Shown here in pieces: positions 42,082 through 52,451 of a stretch of 64,000 nucleotides of DNA. The DNA is from Candidatus Nomurabacteria bacterium (GTDB taxonomy: Bacteria > Patescibacteriota > Minisyncoccia > Phycocordibacterales > UBA9973), in contig JAPLXS010000006.1 of assembly GCA_026395965.1 (NCBI GenBank), positions 118,683 through 182,682 on the forward strand, given 5' to 3'. Position 1 is the stretch's first letter. The number at the start of each line of letters is the position of its first letter. Position numbers and translations under genes: made by a program. A model generated the notes under the pieces. That model was not told the DNA's origin and did not search any database. It worked only from the letters and a program-made list of their open reading frames with translations.

Positions 42082-43833
42082 TTATGACAATGGGCTTTTG
42101 TTATAACCATCTGTATTATATATTTTAAACTTATTATTTATATAACCTTTGGTTATTTTAATAGGATTTGAAGTATACACAACACTGTAAGTTCCATCTG
42201 CATTTATATTTTCTACCCTTACATAATAATCTCCGTTTGGTACCAAGCAATAATATTTGCCAGATTTATTTGCAACATTTTTTGCTATTTCGTGATCTAG
42301 CCAAACAGAATAAACTTTCATGACTCCAAATGATACTGGTTTGCCATTTCTCTTGTTTGTAACATAACCCAAAGGACTAGGATCAAAAATAAAATCTTTT
42401 AATATAAACAATAAAACATATAGACCGAAAATTATTAGATTGTATATATTATCTGAAACTAGAACTGATACAGATGACAACGCAAACCCAGAATAAAAGA
42501 CTACAATCAAAATATGATACATTATTAAATCAAAAGTAGAATAGAATTTCTTTGTTTTTGGATCTTGTTTTTTAGATTCATCCATATCAAATACAACTGG
42601 ATCAATAGGAATATTTCTTTTAACAATCTCCCCTTCTTTGATTGTTACCAATTCACTTCTATATATATTTATATACAACTCGTCGTCTATATTTTCTTTT
42701 ATTTTTTGTGATGGGAATTGATAATTATTTTTAATAACTATTATTTTGTATTTACCTTCAGGAACCATAAATCCATAACGTCCATCAATATCTGTAATAG
42801 CTGTTGCAATATTGTTGCCTTGTAAATCTTGCAAAACAACTTTTGCCATATCAATAGGTAATTTTGTAACACTACTGTAAACAACTCCCCATGGATGATT
42901 TCTCTTTAAAATAATAAAAGCCAAGAGCCATAAAATCAAAAGATAAATAATTATAGAAAATATTTTTAACAATGAAGAAAGTTTGGTGTGTAATACAGGA
43001 AACAAAGAAAGATAACTTGTTTCTGTTATTATTTTGGTTACGAAACCACTGGTTTTCGATTGAAATATTTCAGGTGGATTAATATTATTTAAAACAGGTT
43101 CAACAGTGGTAGTATCTATACTTGGAATTGTTTTTGGAACAACAGGAAGTACCGGGTAAGTAACTGGTGGGTTGGTTGGATTACAATCTGAACCTATACA
43201 TGACGAAGGCAAGCAAGTAGGATCGGTTGGATGAAGAACACAGAAAGATATACTTCCCCCATTGTTGTCGGGTGGAGTTACTACCACAACATCTGAACCA
43301 GGACGCCAGTCTGTAGTAACACAATAGCTAGGACTTGAGCAGTCAAATTTTATCCAACCATTGTTTTGACTCCAAGCATACCCGTTGAATTGACCTAAAT
43401 TATTTATAACAACAGGTGTTGCGGAGCTATTTGAAAATGGACCAAAATTCACCCATCCTGAAGTCTGCCCCCATGCGTATCCAGATAACTGACCACTAGT
43501 ATTGTTTGCGACTTTAAAATTGCCATTTATACTACCACAACCACTTGTTGTATTTGAGCAGTTTAGAACCACCCAACCGAAAGACGCTCCCCAGATATAA
43601 CCAGAAAGAGAATCGCTAGTAACATGAACATTTGATGCAGGATTATTTGTAAAATAACCAAAATTTATAGGTGAAGTAACAGTGACTAAACATGCCGCTG
43701 TCTCACACACCTGAGCAGTGTGATTTGTACTATCTATCGTACCGTTTGTAGTGGATGCTCTAACTTGAAACGACCCCAACAAAAGTATCGAAAGGAAAAT
43801 ATATTTAAGATATTTTTTATAGTTTATTTGCAT
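42082..43833 (-). CDS. secreted/membrane protein with GYAW repeats and carboxypeptidase-regulatory-like domains
   Basis: signal peptide, three GY(A/I)W....GW repeats with Cys, Pro-rich linker, TM, TDIDGRYGF.VPEGKY. Confidence 0.75.
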   Translation of the reverse strand: MQINYKKYLKYIFLSILLLGSFQVRASTTNGTIDSTNHTAQVCETAACLVTVTSPINFGYFTNNPASNVHVTSDSLSGYIWGASFGWVVLNCSNTTSGCGSINGNFKVANNTSGQLSGYAWGQTSGWVNFGPFSNSSATPVVINNLGQFNGYAWSQNNGWIKFDCSSPSYCVTTDWRPGSDVVVVTPPDNNGGSISFCVLHPTDPTCLPSSCIGSDCNPTNPPVTYPVLPVVPKTIPSIDTTTVEPVLNNINPPEIFQSKTSGFVTKIITETSYLSLFPVLHTKLSSLLKIFSIIIYLLILWLLAFIILKRNHPWGVVYSSVTKLPIDMAKVVLQDLQGNNIATAITDIDGRYGFMVPEGKYKIIVIKNNYQFPSQKIKENIDDELYINIYRSELVTIKEGEIVKRNIPIDPVVFDMDESKKQDPKTKKFYSTFDLIMYHILIVVFYSGFALSSVSVLVSDNIYNLIIFGLYVLLFILKDFIFDPSPLGYVTNKRNGKPVSFGVMKVYSVWLDHEIAKNVANKSGKYYCLVPNGDYYVRVENINADGTYSVVYTSNPIKITKGYINNKFKIYNTDGYNKSPLS

Positions 43834-43856
43834 TAAATATATTATTTACTAAATAT

Positions 43857-46800
43857 TTATAAAACTGGCAGAGCAGGAGTTTCAGTAGTATCTGCTGGTG
43901 GTGGAACTACGGCAGCAGGAGTTTCTACTGCTGGTGGTACTACTTCGACAGGAGGAATATTTGTATCCCCAGGAACGACAACTGAAGCGTCAACAGGAGG
44001 TGTATCTGAAGTTGTTGTATCTGTTATTGATGTTGCACCTGTTGTTGCAGATGAGCCTGATGTTGATGGAATTAATTGTTTTAATTTAATAAGATCAGTC
44101 TTGTTGATACACTCATACGAACCATCTGGGTCAGTAAGACAAATCTCTCCAGTAAAGATGCGAGTTATCTTATTTGCCGCATTAGATAACCATGCAAAGA
44201 GACTATCTCTCCATGTATTTTGTATAGTCATATCAGCTATTCCTGTTATTTTTAGATTCATCTCTCTTATCGCTTCTACTATGATAGGTGTCATCTGCGC
44301 GTAGTACACGGACTTGTACCCTTGTGAATCTGTTGCTACGAGTTGAGGAAAATATTGCTCCAAATCTTGAGCGAGGAATCCAACTTGTTGTGGAGATGCT
44401 GGATTTTCCAACCAGTTATAAGTAACTGTTTTTACTTTCAACAAGTTATCTAAAGTATTATCAGATAGATTTATAATATTTGTCTTTAGTCTTTCATCTG
44501 AAGTACAAGCGATACCTGTACCAGTAGTGATAGTACACTGAGTAGAAGAAGAGCCATTTATACGAGTAGTATTTATCGGTCTATTGGCAGAACCTACTAT
44601 AAACTGATTTGCGGCTGTATTGGTTGCGTATGCACCTATTGCTATACTGTTTGAAAAGCTTCCTGCGCTCGTGGCATGACCAATTAGGATAGAAGTATCG
44701 GCGAATGTAGTAGTGTCATTGTATACAGCTGTATTGTTGACTGTATTATTGTATCCTGAATTTCTACCAATAAATATTGAGTTGGCAGCATTTGTAGCAT
44801 TGTACCCTGCACTACTTCCAAAGAAATTTGAGTTAATAGCGTTAGCTGCACCATACCCTGACAATAAACCAAAAAAGTTTGAGTTATTGGCTGAAGTAGC
44901 ACCACTTCCGGAATTTTTTCCAAAGAAGTTTGAATATGAAGCAGTAGTTGCACCACTTCCTGCATTCGGACCAAAGAAGTTTGAGTTAATAGCTGAGGTT
45001 GCATTATACCCTGTAGCTCCTCCAAAGAAATTAGAGTTGTTAGCTGAGGTTGCACCATATCCTGAAAGTGCCCCAAAGAAATTAGAAGAAAAAGCACTAG
45101 TTGCATTTTGTCCGGCGCCGTTTCCCATAAAGATGGTACCATTAGCAGATGCTGTACCTTGGTTGCCACCAATAAAAATTGAGTTGATCTGTCTGTTAAC
45201 AGAACCTACCATAAACTGATTTGCGGCTGTATTGGTTGCGTATGCACCTATTGCAATACTGTTTGAGTACCCTCCTGTACCAGTACCATGGCCTAGGAGG
45301 ATTGAAGTATTGGCAAAAGTAGTTACATCGTCATATACAGAAGTATTAACAACGGTATCATTTAAGCCTGAATTTGTACCTATAAATATTGAGTTGGCTG
45401 CACTAGTTGCACTATGTCCTGCATCTGTTCCAAAGAAATTTGAATAAGCAGCAGAACCAGCTTGATTTCCTGCGTTTAATCCGAAGAAGTTTGAGTTGTT
45501 AGCGGAATTAGCACTACTTCCTGCATATGATCCAAAGAAATTTGAATCATGGGCATTGACAGAACTACTTCCTGCACTTGTTCCAAAGAAGCTTGATTGA
45601 TTCGCATAAGTTGCACCATTTCCTGCATTAGAACCAAAGAAATTTGAATTCGAAGCACCGGTTGCTAGTACTCCTGTATTAACTCCAAAGAAGTTTGATG
45701 CATAAGCACCAGTAGCACCCCATCCCGCCCAATACCCGAAAAAGTTTGAGCTATTAGCATTGGTTGCATTTATTCCCGATTTTACACCAAAGAAGTTTGA
45801 GCCATAGGCACTAGTTGCTGATAATCCCGCATCAGCACCAAAGAAGTTTGATGCACTAGCACCAGTAGCAAGCTTTCCTGCATTAGAACCAAAGAAGTTT
45901 GAACTATTAGAACTGGTTGCACCATATCCTGCACTATGACCAAAGAAGTTTGAGTTATTTGCACTGGTTGCACCATTTCCTGCATCTGTACCAAAGAAGT
46001 TTGAATATGGAGCAGAACTAGCATGATACCCCGCAAGATAACCAAAGAAGTTGGAAGCATCAGAATTTGTGGCTCCGTCACCTGCATTTGATCCAAAAAA
46101 GTTTGAGCTATTAGCATTGGTTGCGCCATTTCCTGCATATGATCCAAAGAAATTTGAACCACTTGCATTGGTTGCACTATTCCCTGCATTAATTCCAAAG
46201 AAGTTTGAAACATTGGCAAGAGAAGCATTAAGTCCTGCATTAACTCCAAAGAAGTTTGAATTAGATGCGCCAGTTGCACCACTTCCTGCATCTGTTCCAA
46301 AGAAGTTTGAATTATCTGCACTAGTTGCATTTTTACCCGCACTATTACCCATAAAGATTGTATTTTGAACAGATGCTGTGCCTTGATTGCCTCCAATAAA
46401 AATTGAGTTAATTGGTCTGTTAGCAGAACCTACCATAAACTGATTGGAATATGTATTGGTTGTATACGCACCTAATGCAATACTATTTGAGTACCCTCCA
46501 GTGCTAGTACTATGACCAATGAGGATGGAGGTGTCGGCGAAGGTAGTAGTCTCATTGTACAATGCAGTATTGTTTACAAGATCATTATTACCTGAATTAG
46601 TACCTATAAATATTGAGTTGGCAGCATTGGTTGCAGAATAACCCGCAGAAGAACCAAAGAAATTTGAATTAAATGCAAAAGTAGCTGTGCTTCCTGCACT
46701 TGGTCCAAAGAAGTTTGACGCAAGGGCATTTGTTGCGTTTGTTCCCGCAGAAGAACCGAAGAAATTTGAGCTACTGGCCTCAGTTGCACCATGACCTGAA

Positions 46801-49493
46801 TCTGTTCCAAAGAAGTTTGAGCCATTTGCATTTGTGGCACCATCACCTGCATTTGCTCCAAAGAAATTAGAATAATAAGCATTATAAGCATTGAGTCCTG
46901 AGCTTGATCCAAAGAAGTTGGAGTTATTTGCAGCAGTTGCATTTTCACCTGCACTTACGCCAAAAAAGTTTGAGGCAGTGGCGACAGTTGCATTTCTTCC
47001 TGCACTTAATCCAAAGAAGTTTGATTGGTTAGATAAACTTGCTCCATCTCCGGCATAACTTCCAAAAAAGTTTGAGTTGTTGGCATCAGTTGCATTTTGA
47101 CCAGAAAATGTACCAAAGAAGTTTGAGCTGTAAGCATTAGTTGCACTTATTCCTGAAAAATTTCCAAAGAAGTTTGAATTATTGGCACCACTAGCATTTT
47201 GACCAGAAAATGTACCAAAGAAGTTTGAGTGGTCGGCTGCATTTGCACCGTCACCTGCATTTTGTCCAAAGAAGTTAGAGTTATTGGCAGCAGTTGCATT
47301 TAGTCCAGAATTAAGTCCTAAAAAGTTTGAATAAGAAGCATCGGTAGCACTAAGTCCTGCATTCGCTCCCGAGAAGTTTGAATCATTTGCTTTTGTTGCA
47401 CCGTTTCCTGCACTTGGTCCAAAGAAGTTGGATGAGTAAGCTGAATTTGCACCTAAACCTGTGCTTGATCCAAAGAAATTTGAGTTGTTGGCACTAGTTG
47501 CACCATTTCCTGCGTCTGTACCAAAGAAGTTTGAGTTTGAGGCGGAAGCTGCATTCAATCCTGCGTTATTTCCCATAAAGATTGTACCAATTACTGATGC
47601 TGTGCCTTTGTTTCCGCCAATAAAAATAGAATTTATAGGTCTGTTATCAGAACCTACCACAAACTGATTGGGTGCTGTGTTGGTTGAGTATGCACCTATT
47701 GCAATACTATTTGAGAAACCACCAGTATTTGTATTGTGACCAAGGAGAATGGATGTATCAGCGAAGGTGGTAGTATCATCATACACTGCAGTATTGTTTA
47801 CTGTATCATTGTATCCTGAATTTTTACCAATAAATATTGAATTGGCGGCATTGATTGCATGATTTCCCGCATAATAACCAAAGAAATTTGAATCATAAGA
47901 ATTGTTTAAATTATTGGAATCTCCTCTTCCTGCATTTGATCCAAAAAAGTTTGAATTAGAAGCATTATTAGAATAAATTCCTGAGGAAGGTCCAAAGAAG
48001 TTTGAACTACTAGCACCATTTGCACTATTACCTGCACTATACCCAAAGAAGTTTGAGTAAGTAGAATTTATAGCTCCATATCCTGCTGTTTGTCCAAAAA
48101 AGTTTGAATAAGATGCACCTTCAGCAATTTTACCAGCTCTATCTCCAAAAAAATTTGAACCATCAAGACCTAAAATTCCCTCCCCAGCACTTCTACCAAA
48201 AAGGTTTGAACTAATTATATTTACTCCACCATTACCTGCATCTCTTCCAAAGAAGTTAGATTCGTAAGCATATATAGCTCCTAGGCCAGCACCTTCTCCA
48301 AAAAAATTTGAGTTGTAAGCACCAATTCCACCGCTTCCTGCATTTAGTCCAAAGAAGTTTGAACTTGTAGCATCAGTTGCATTCAATCCTGCGTTTGTTC
48401 CAAAGAAGTTTGAGTTAGCTGCGTTAGTAGCACTACTTCCTGCGCTTGTTCCAAAGAAATTGGAGTTAGCAGCAGCAGTTGCACTATTACCTGCGCTTGG
48501 TCCAAAGAAATTGGAGCTATTAGCACCAGTTGCACCAAACCCTGAATTGTCTCCAAAGAAGTTTGAATTATCTGCATTAGTTGCACCACTTCCTGCACTT
48601 AATCCAAAGAAATTTGATTTAGCAGCATTGGTTGCACCATCTCCTGCATTTGATCCAAAGAAGTTGGAACTACTCGCATTGGTTGCATTTGATCCAGATG
48701 CATAGCCTAAGAAGTTTGAGAAGGAGGCAGAAGCTGCATTCAATCCCGCATTTGTTCCAAAGAAGTTTGAATTAGAGGCGCCAGTGGCACCACTTCCAGC
48801 ATTATTTCCAAAGAAGTTTGACGAGAAGGCATTGGTTCCATTCAACCCAGCTCCATAACCTAAGAAGTTTGAATTATCAGCATTGGTCGCACCACTTCCT
48901 GCATTTTTTCCAAAGAAGTTTGAGTAAGTAGCAGACGAGCTTGATCCTGAGCCTGTTAGTCCTGTAGAAAAAAGTGATGTGGTGTTTTGTACTGTAATAG
49001 GTGAAGACACTACTGTCCCCCATGCTATATCTGTACCGTTGGTAGTGAGAAATTGACCCGCAATACCAGAGACAGATGGGATAACAACTTTCCAATCTGA
49101 AGATAAAGTAAGACAACGATTTTGATTGGCATCCAAAGAAGAGTCAGTGACAGTTGTTGTACAAGCTGGGTACCCTCCGCGGTTTGTAACTAGACGATAA
49201 GTTGCTGTCTGATTTCCTGCTGTGCCAGAGTCGGTATCTATAACAGTTGCTATCATTCCTAGAGATCTTCTTTCACTTGTGATAGCAAGTAGAGCTGTCA
49301 TATCTGCTACTTGCATGTGTCCTCCTTGGAGGTAGTTTGTATCAGCGATAGCAAAGTAACCGTTCCCTACTCCGAGAGTAGTAGGTACAGCTAGACCTCC
49401 GTTTTGAGAATAAGCTCGATATGAAAATGAACCAACCATAAGTAGGACGGTTGTAATAAAAAATATTTTTGTTTTAAGGTCTATTATTTTCAT
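43857..49493 (-). CDS. giant trimeric fibre/adhesin-like protein: 14-aa SNFFG repeats and C-terminal S74 intramolecular chaperone
   Basis: signal peptide, dozens of SNFFGxxAGxxATxA repeats in four blocks, TSDERLKTNI...VGFLAQD...FPQLV...SVYY. Confidence 0.85.
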   Translation of the reverse strand: MKIIDLKTKIFFITTVLLMVGSFSYRAYSQNGGLAVPTTLGVGNGYFAIADTNYLQGGHMQVADMTALLAITSERRSLGMIATVIDTDSGTAGNQTATYRLVTNRGGYPACTTTVTDSSLDANQNRCLTLSSDWKVVIPSVSGIAGQFLTTNGTDIAWGTVVSSPITVQNTTSLFSTGLTGSGSSSSATYSNFFGKNAGSGATNADNSNFLGYGAGLNGTNAFSSNFFGNNAGSGATGASNSNFFGTNAGLNAASASFSNFLGYASGSNATNASSSNFFGSNAGDGATNAAKSNFFGLSAGSGATNADNSNFFGDNSGFGATGANSSNFFGPSAGNSATAAANSNFFGTSAGSSATNAANSNFFGTNAGLNATDATSSNFFGLNAGSGGIGAYNSNFFGEGAGLGAIYAYESNFFGRDAGNGGVNIISSNLFGRSAGEGILGLDGSNFFGDRAGKIAEGASYSNFFGQTAGYGAINSTYSNFFGYSAGNSANGASSSNFFGPSSGIYSNNASNSNFFGSNAGRGDSNNLNNSYDSNFFGYYAGNHAINAANSIFIGKNSGYNDTVNNTAVYDDTTTFADTSILLGHNTNTGGFSNSIAIGAYSTNTAPNQFVVGSDNRPINSIFIGGNKGTASVIGTIFMGNNAGLNAASASNSNFFGTDAGNGATSANNSNFFGSSTGLGANSAYSSNFFGPSAGNGATKANDSNFSGANAGLSATDASYSNFLGLNSGLNATAANNSNFFGQNAGDGANAADHSNFFGTFSGQNASGANNSNFFGNFSGISATNAYSSNFFGTFSGQNATDANNSNFFGSYAGDGASLSNQSNFFGLSAGRNATVATASNFFGVSAGENATAANNSNFFGSSSGLNAYNAYYSNFFGANAGDGATNANGSNFFGTDSGHGATEASSSNFFGSSAGTNATNALASNFFGPSAGSTATFAFNSNFFGSSAGYSATNAANSIFIGTNSGNNDLVNNTALYNETTTFADTSILIGHSTSTGGYSNSIALGAYTTNTYSNQFMVGSANRPINSIFIGGNQGTASVQNTIFMGNSAGKNATSADNSNFFGTDAGSGATGASNSNFFGVNAGLNASLANVSNFFGINAGNSATNASGSNFFGSYAGNGATNANSSNFFGSNAGDGATNSDASNFFGYLAGYHASSAPYSNFFGTDAGNGATSANNSNFFGHSAGYGATSSNSSNFFGSNAGKLATGASASNFFGADAGLSATSAYGSNFFGVKSGINATNANSSNFFGYWAGWGATGAYASNFFGVNTGVLATGASNSNFFGSNAGNGATYANQSSFFGTSAGSSSVNAHDSNFFGSYAGSSANSANNSNFFGLNAGNQAGSAAYSNFFGTDAGHSATSAANSIFIGTNSGLNDTVVNTSVYDDVTTFANTSILLGHGTGTGGYSNSIAIGAYATNTAANQFMVGSVNRQINSIFIGGNQGTASANGTIFMGNGAGQNATSAFSSNFFGALSGYGATSANNSNFFGGATGYNATSAINSNFFGPNAGSGATTASYSNFFGKNSGSGATSANNSNFFGLLSGYGAANAINSNFFGSSAGYNATNAANSIFIGRNSGYNNTVNNTAVYNDTTTFADTSILIGHATSAGSFSNSIAIGAYATNTAANQFIVGSANRPINTTRINGSSSTQCTITTGTGIACTSDERLKTNIINLSDNTLDNLLKVKTVTYNWLENPASPQQVGFLAQDLEQYFPQLVATDSQGYKSVYYAQMTPIIVEAIREMNLKITGIADMTIQNTWRDSLFAWLSNAANKITRIFTGEICLTDPDGSYECINKTDLIKLKQLIPSTSGSSATTGATSITDTTTSDTPPVDASVVVPGDTNIPPVEVVPPAVETPAAVVPPPADTTETPALPVL

Positions 49494-49512
49494 TATTTAT
49501 ATAACTTGCAAA

Positions 49513-50112
49513 CTATTTTATCGTGAACACAGATGAAACTCCTGTGTCTCTTGATCTATAAACATAATACTCTTGAGAGTCGTAAGACTGCACAGATCTA
49601 ACCATTACAGGATACGCTCCGATAGGTGTCATAAAACAAGTAGTATAGGTAGATGCGTCGTGACTGCACCCCTGCTCGGGTTCAAATGATTTTAGCCAAG
49701 CAAAGTAAATATACTCTGAACTTTTGGCATTGAATGATTGAGTACCTATAGAAGTTCTTGAAGTTCCGAAAACAGAGGAAACTGGTGTAAGGTTTGAAAA
49801 TTTGACTAGGGTTCCGTCGGGCTCTGCACTATAACCATAAAATACTTTTCCATTACCTTTTATTATTTTATTTATAGTGTCACTTTCTGTATTTTTTGTA
49901 TTTACATCTGTTGTTGTCTTCTCTCCAACACCAAGCAAAGTACCACTATTGATATTTAAATCTTTATTTTCAGCAAATGAAATATCTTGAATCTTTGTGT
50001 CTGGAGAATAATTTATTTTATATTTTTGATAAAAGAATATACACAAAACAATAATTATTGTAATTAGTATTATTATCTTTAAAAAATTTTTATCTTTCAT
50101 GTAATTTTTCAT
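49513..50112 (-). CDS. membrane-anchored protein, paralog of the C-terminal domain of the upstream gene
   Basis: KVFYG..DGTLV..RTSI..YIYFAW..C.HD..CF.TP.G..YVYRS. Confidence 0.75.
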   Translation of the reverse strand: MKNYMKDKNFLKIIILITIIIVLCIFFYQKYKINYSPDTKIQDISFAENKDLNINSGTLLGVGEKTTTDVNTKNTESDTINKIIKGNGKVFYGYSAEPDGTLVKFSNLTPVSSVFGTSRTSIGTQSFNAKSSEYIYFAWLKSFEPEQGCSHDASTYTTCFMTPIGAYPVMVRSVQSYDSQEYYVYRSRDTGVSSVFTIK

Positions 50113-50115
50113 AAT

Positions 50116-51258
50116 TTATTGGATTGTATAGGTTGCACTTGGGTTAATATCGTATGATCTATAAACCCAGTAAAGAATACCATTTCTTGTCTGTTGCGTA
50201 CGAACAAAGTTTGAGACATATCCAAGTGGTGTAGAGAAACAATCGGCTGCTCCTAGCCCATCGTGCTTACAGATTGTACCGGCATCAAAAGCTTGAGGCC
50301 AAGCAAAGTAAATATAATTTCCACCAGAGAGATTAAATGTACGACTTGCAGGAATAGATGTTCTAGCTGTAGAACTAGCAAGAGCAACAGATGTAAGAGT
50401 ATTCAAGTCTACAAGTGTTCCGTCAGATTGTGTAGATGAACCATAAAATACTTTTGATCTATAAACCACAGTTGATGTAGCAGCGACAACATTTGGTGGG
50501 TTTACACCACTTGCAACAGAACCAGCTCCACTAGACTGAGTACAAGATCCGGCTGCTGCTTGGAGTGCGCTACAAGGATAAGCTGTAAATGAAAATGTAG
50601 CTGTGCCGTTTAGAGTATTGTATGCAGCTGAGTTTGCAATATAAACCAAAGTACCAGAACCACTAGCTGCCCCACCTGAAATAGTTGAAGGCTGAGGACC
50701 AGAAGAGTATGTTGCATTTGAAGGAGTCACAGAACTTGCTCCGTAAATATAGAAACTGTTTCCATCACTATCTGCGGGACTTTTAGATAGAGACCAACCC
50801 AAAGAAATGTTTGTTGAATCTCCAACTTCTCTGACTGTAGTGGTAGCTGTATTGGATGCAATAATATTGCCAGATGGAGCCACGTATACAAATAATAATT
50901 TCTTTATGAAATCGTGCATTGAGGTAGCAGATGTTGGAGTATGAGTAGCTCCATTTGCGAGTGTAATTCCTGTAACACTTTTGTTCAGAAGATCAGAAAA
51001 ATCACTTTCCCATGATACGCCACCAACTCCGTTGGAAACAAGATTTTGATTTAGAATACCACCAGATGGAAAAATACTAACAAAACAATTTGGATCTCCT
51101 GGTGCACAAGCTGGGTCTAAAGTTTCTCCAGGTCCATAAGGACTTCCAGTCGCAAAGATTTTAAAGTATGCACCAAAAAGTATAACAATGAGAATTATGG
51201 CTACAAATTTTGGCCAGTGTTTAGATATAAAATTAAAATAGATGGAATCTCTTTTCAT
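50116..51258 (-). CDS. secreted Ser/Thr/Gly-rich protein
   Basis: N-terminal TM/signal, PYGPGETLDPACAPGDPNC motif, same C-terminal domain as 49513-50112. Confidence 0.75.
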   Translation of the reverse strand: MKRDSIYFNFISKHWPKFVAIILIVILFGAYFKIFATGSPYGPGETLDPACAPGDPNCFVSIFPSGGILNQNLVSNGVGGVSWESDFSDLLNKSVTGITLANGATHTPTSATSMHDFIKKLLFVYVAPSGNIIASNTATTTVREVGDSTNISLGWSLSKSPADSDGNSFYIYGASSVTPSNATYSSGPQPSTISGGAASGSGTLVYIANSAAYNTLNGTATFSFTAYPCSALQAAAGSCTQSSGAGSVASGVNPPNVVAATSTVVYRSKVFYGSSTQSDGTLVDLNTLTSVALASSTARTSIPASRTFNLSGGNYIYFAWPQAFDAGTICKHDGLGAADCFSTPLGYVSNFVRTQQTRNGILYWVYRSYDINPSATYTIQ

Positions 51259-51322
51259 TAATTATATTATACACCATTTATGCACAAAACCTATAATTTT
51301 TAAACCTAAAAAGTGGATAACA

Positions 51323-51985
51323 CTAAAAATAAATCCCCGTTAGTAGAGAAAAAACAACATACACAATTGGAGAAACTCTACTCCATAAAAATAGTATAAA
51401 GAAAAGTAAAAAAAACATCCCCCATCTTTCTAAAAAGTTTTCTATGTAGCGATATTTAAACGGAAGAAATGAAAATATTATCTTTGAACCATCAAGTGGT
51501 GGTATGGGAATAATATTGAACAGAGCAAGAACTAAATTCATTATTACTATGATTGAAGAAATTTTATAAAAAGGATGTAGTAGTAATGGTGTTGGATTGT
51601 ATGCAGGTATTCCAAATATTGGCGCAAATCTTATAAGGAGACCAAAGAAAATAGCAATAGTTAGGTTTGCGGCTATTCCTGAAAAGGCTACTATCATATT
51701 GCCCCACTTACCTTTTCTTAAATTGTTTGGATTGTAAGGCACAGGACGAGCCCAACCTATTAAAAAACTCCCTGCGGTTGATAGATACAGCAACAAAGGC
51801 AAAATAACAGAACCAAAAGGGTCTAAATGTTTGAGAGGATTTAAGGTAAGTCGTCCTTGTAGACGAGCAGTGTCATCTCCAAGAAGATACGCAGAATACC
51901 CATGAGCCACTTCGTGAATCACGATTGACATGATCAAAACTGACACATAAAATATTCCATCTATAAATTGTACTTGCATAGGCAT
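51323..51985 (-). CDS. site-2 protease (M50) family
   Basis: HEVAHG, GRLTLNPLKHLD, FNIIPIPPLDG. Confidence 0.93.
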   Translation of the reverse strand: MPMQVQFIDGIFYVSVLIMSIVIHEVAHGYSAYLLGDDTARLQGRLTLNPLKHLDPFGSVILPLLLYLSTAGSFLIGWARPVPYNPNNLRKGKWGNMIVAFSGIAANLTIAIFFGLLIRFAPIFGIPAYNPTPLLLHPFYKISSIIVIMNLVLALFNIIPIPPLDGSKIIFSFLPFKYRYIENFLERWGMFFLLFFILFLWSRVSPIVYVVFSLLTGIYF

Positions 51986-52012
51986 GATATATATGATAGC
52001 ATACCTCTACAT

Positions 52013-52258
52013 ATGGCGAAAGTTTGTGATATAACTAAAAAGGGCTCAAAGATGGCAGGAGGATACTCCAACGTTGTTCGTGCTACCAAGTTCAACCCTA
52101 CAGGTATGGTTCGTAAATATACCAATCTTCAAAAGAAGAGAATATATGTTCCTGAACTTAAAAAGTACTTCCCTCTTACACTATCTACTAAAGCAATCAA
52201 AACAATCAACAAAAACGGTGCTTACAAAGTATTAAAGAAAGCAGGAATCATTAAATAA
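52013..52258 (+). CDS. rpmB: 50S ribosomal protein L28
   Basis: MAKVCDITKK...NLQKKRIYVPEL...LSTKAIKTINKNG; ATG 52013. Confidence 0.92.
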   Translation: MAKVCDITKKGSKMAGGYSNVVRATKFNPTGMVRKYTNLQKKRIYVPELKKYFPLTLSTKAIKTINKNGAYKVLKKAGIIK

Positions 52259-52312
52259 AAATCCCCACGAATAAATCGAGGGGATTTTTTATTGATGATT
52301 AAAGTTACTTTA

Positions 52313-52447
52313 AATAATTTATTTTTAATCAAAAATAGTCTTTGTAAAATACATTGCGTAGGTTGTCGAGCCGAGCATAGCAAAAAATAAACAGATTTTT
52401 ATGCGCGTATTTTGAGAAGAGCTATTTTTGATTAAAAATAAATTATT
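52313..52447. mobile_element. MITE-like hairpin element with 26-bp terminal inverted repeats
   Basis: aataatttatttttaatcaaaaatag / ctatttttgattaaaaataaattatt with inner AAAATAC/GTATTTT stem. Confidence 0.5.
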
Positions 52448-52451
52448 CCTC

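Noticed and set aside
44700-48930. Regular 42-bp periodicity with recurring CCAAAGAAGTTTGA, superficially CRISPR-like
   Set aside because: It is the coding repeat of the 1878-aa protein, in frame with synonymous variation, and no cas genes are present
43857-49493. Prophage suggested by the tail-fibre chaperone domain
   Set aside because: The protein has a signal peptide and there are no capsid, terminase, portal or integrase genes nearby
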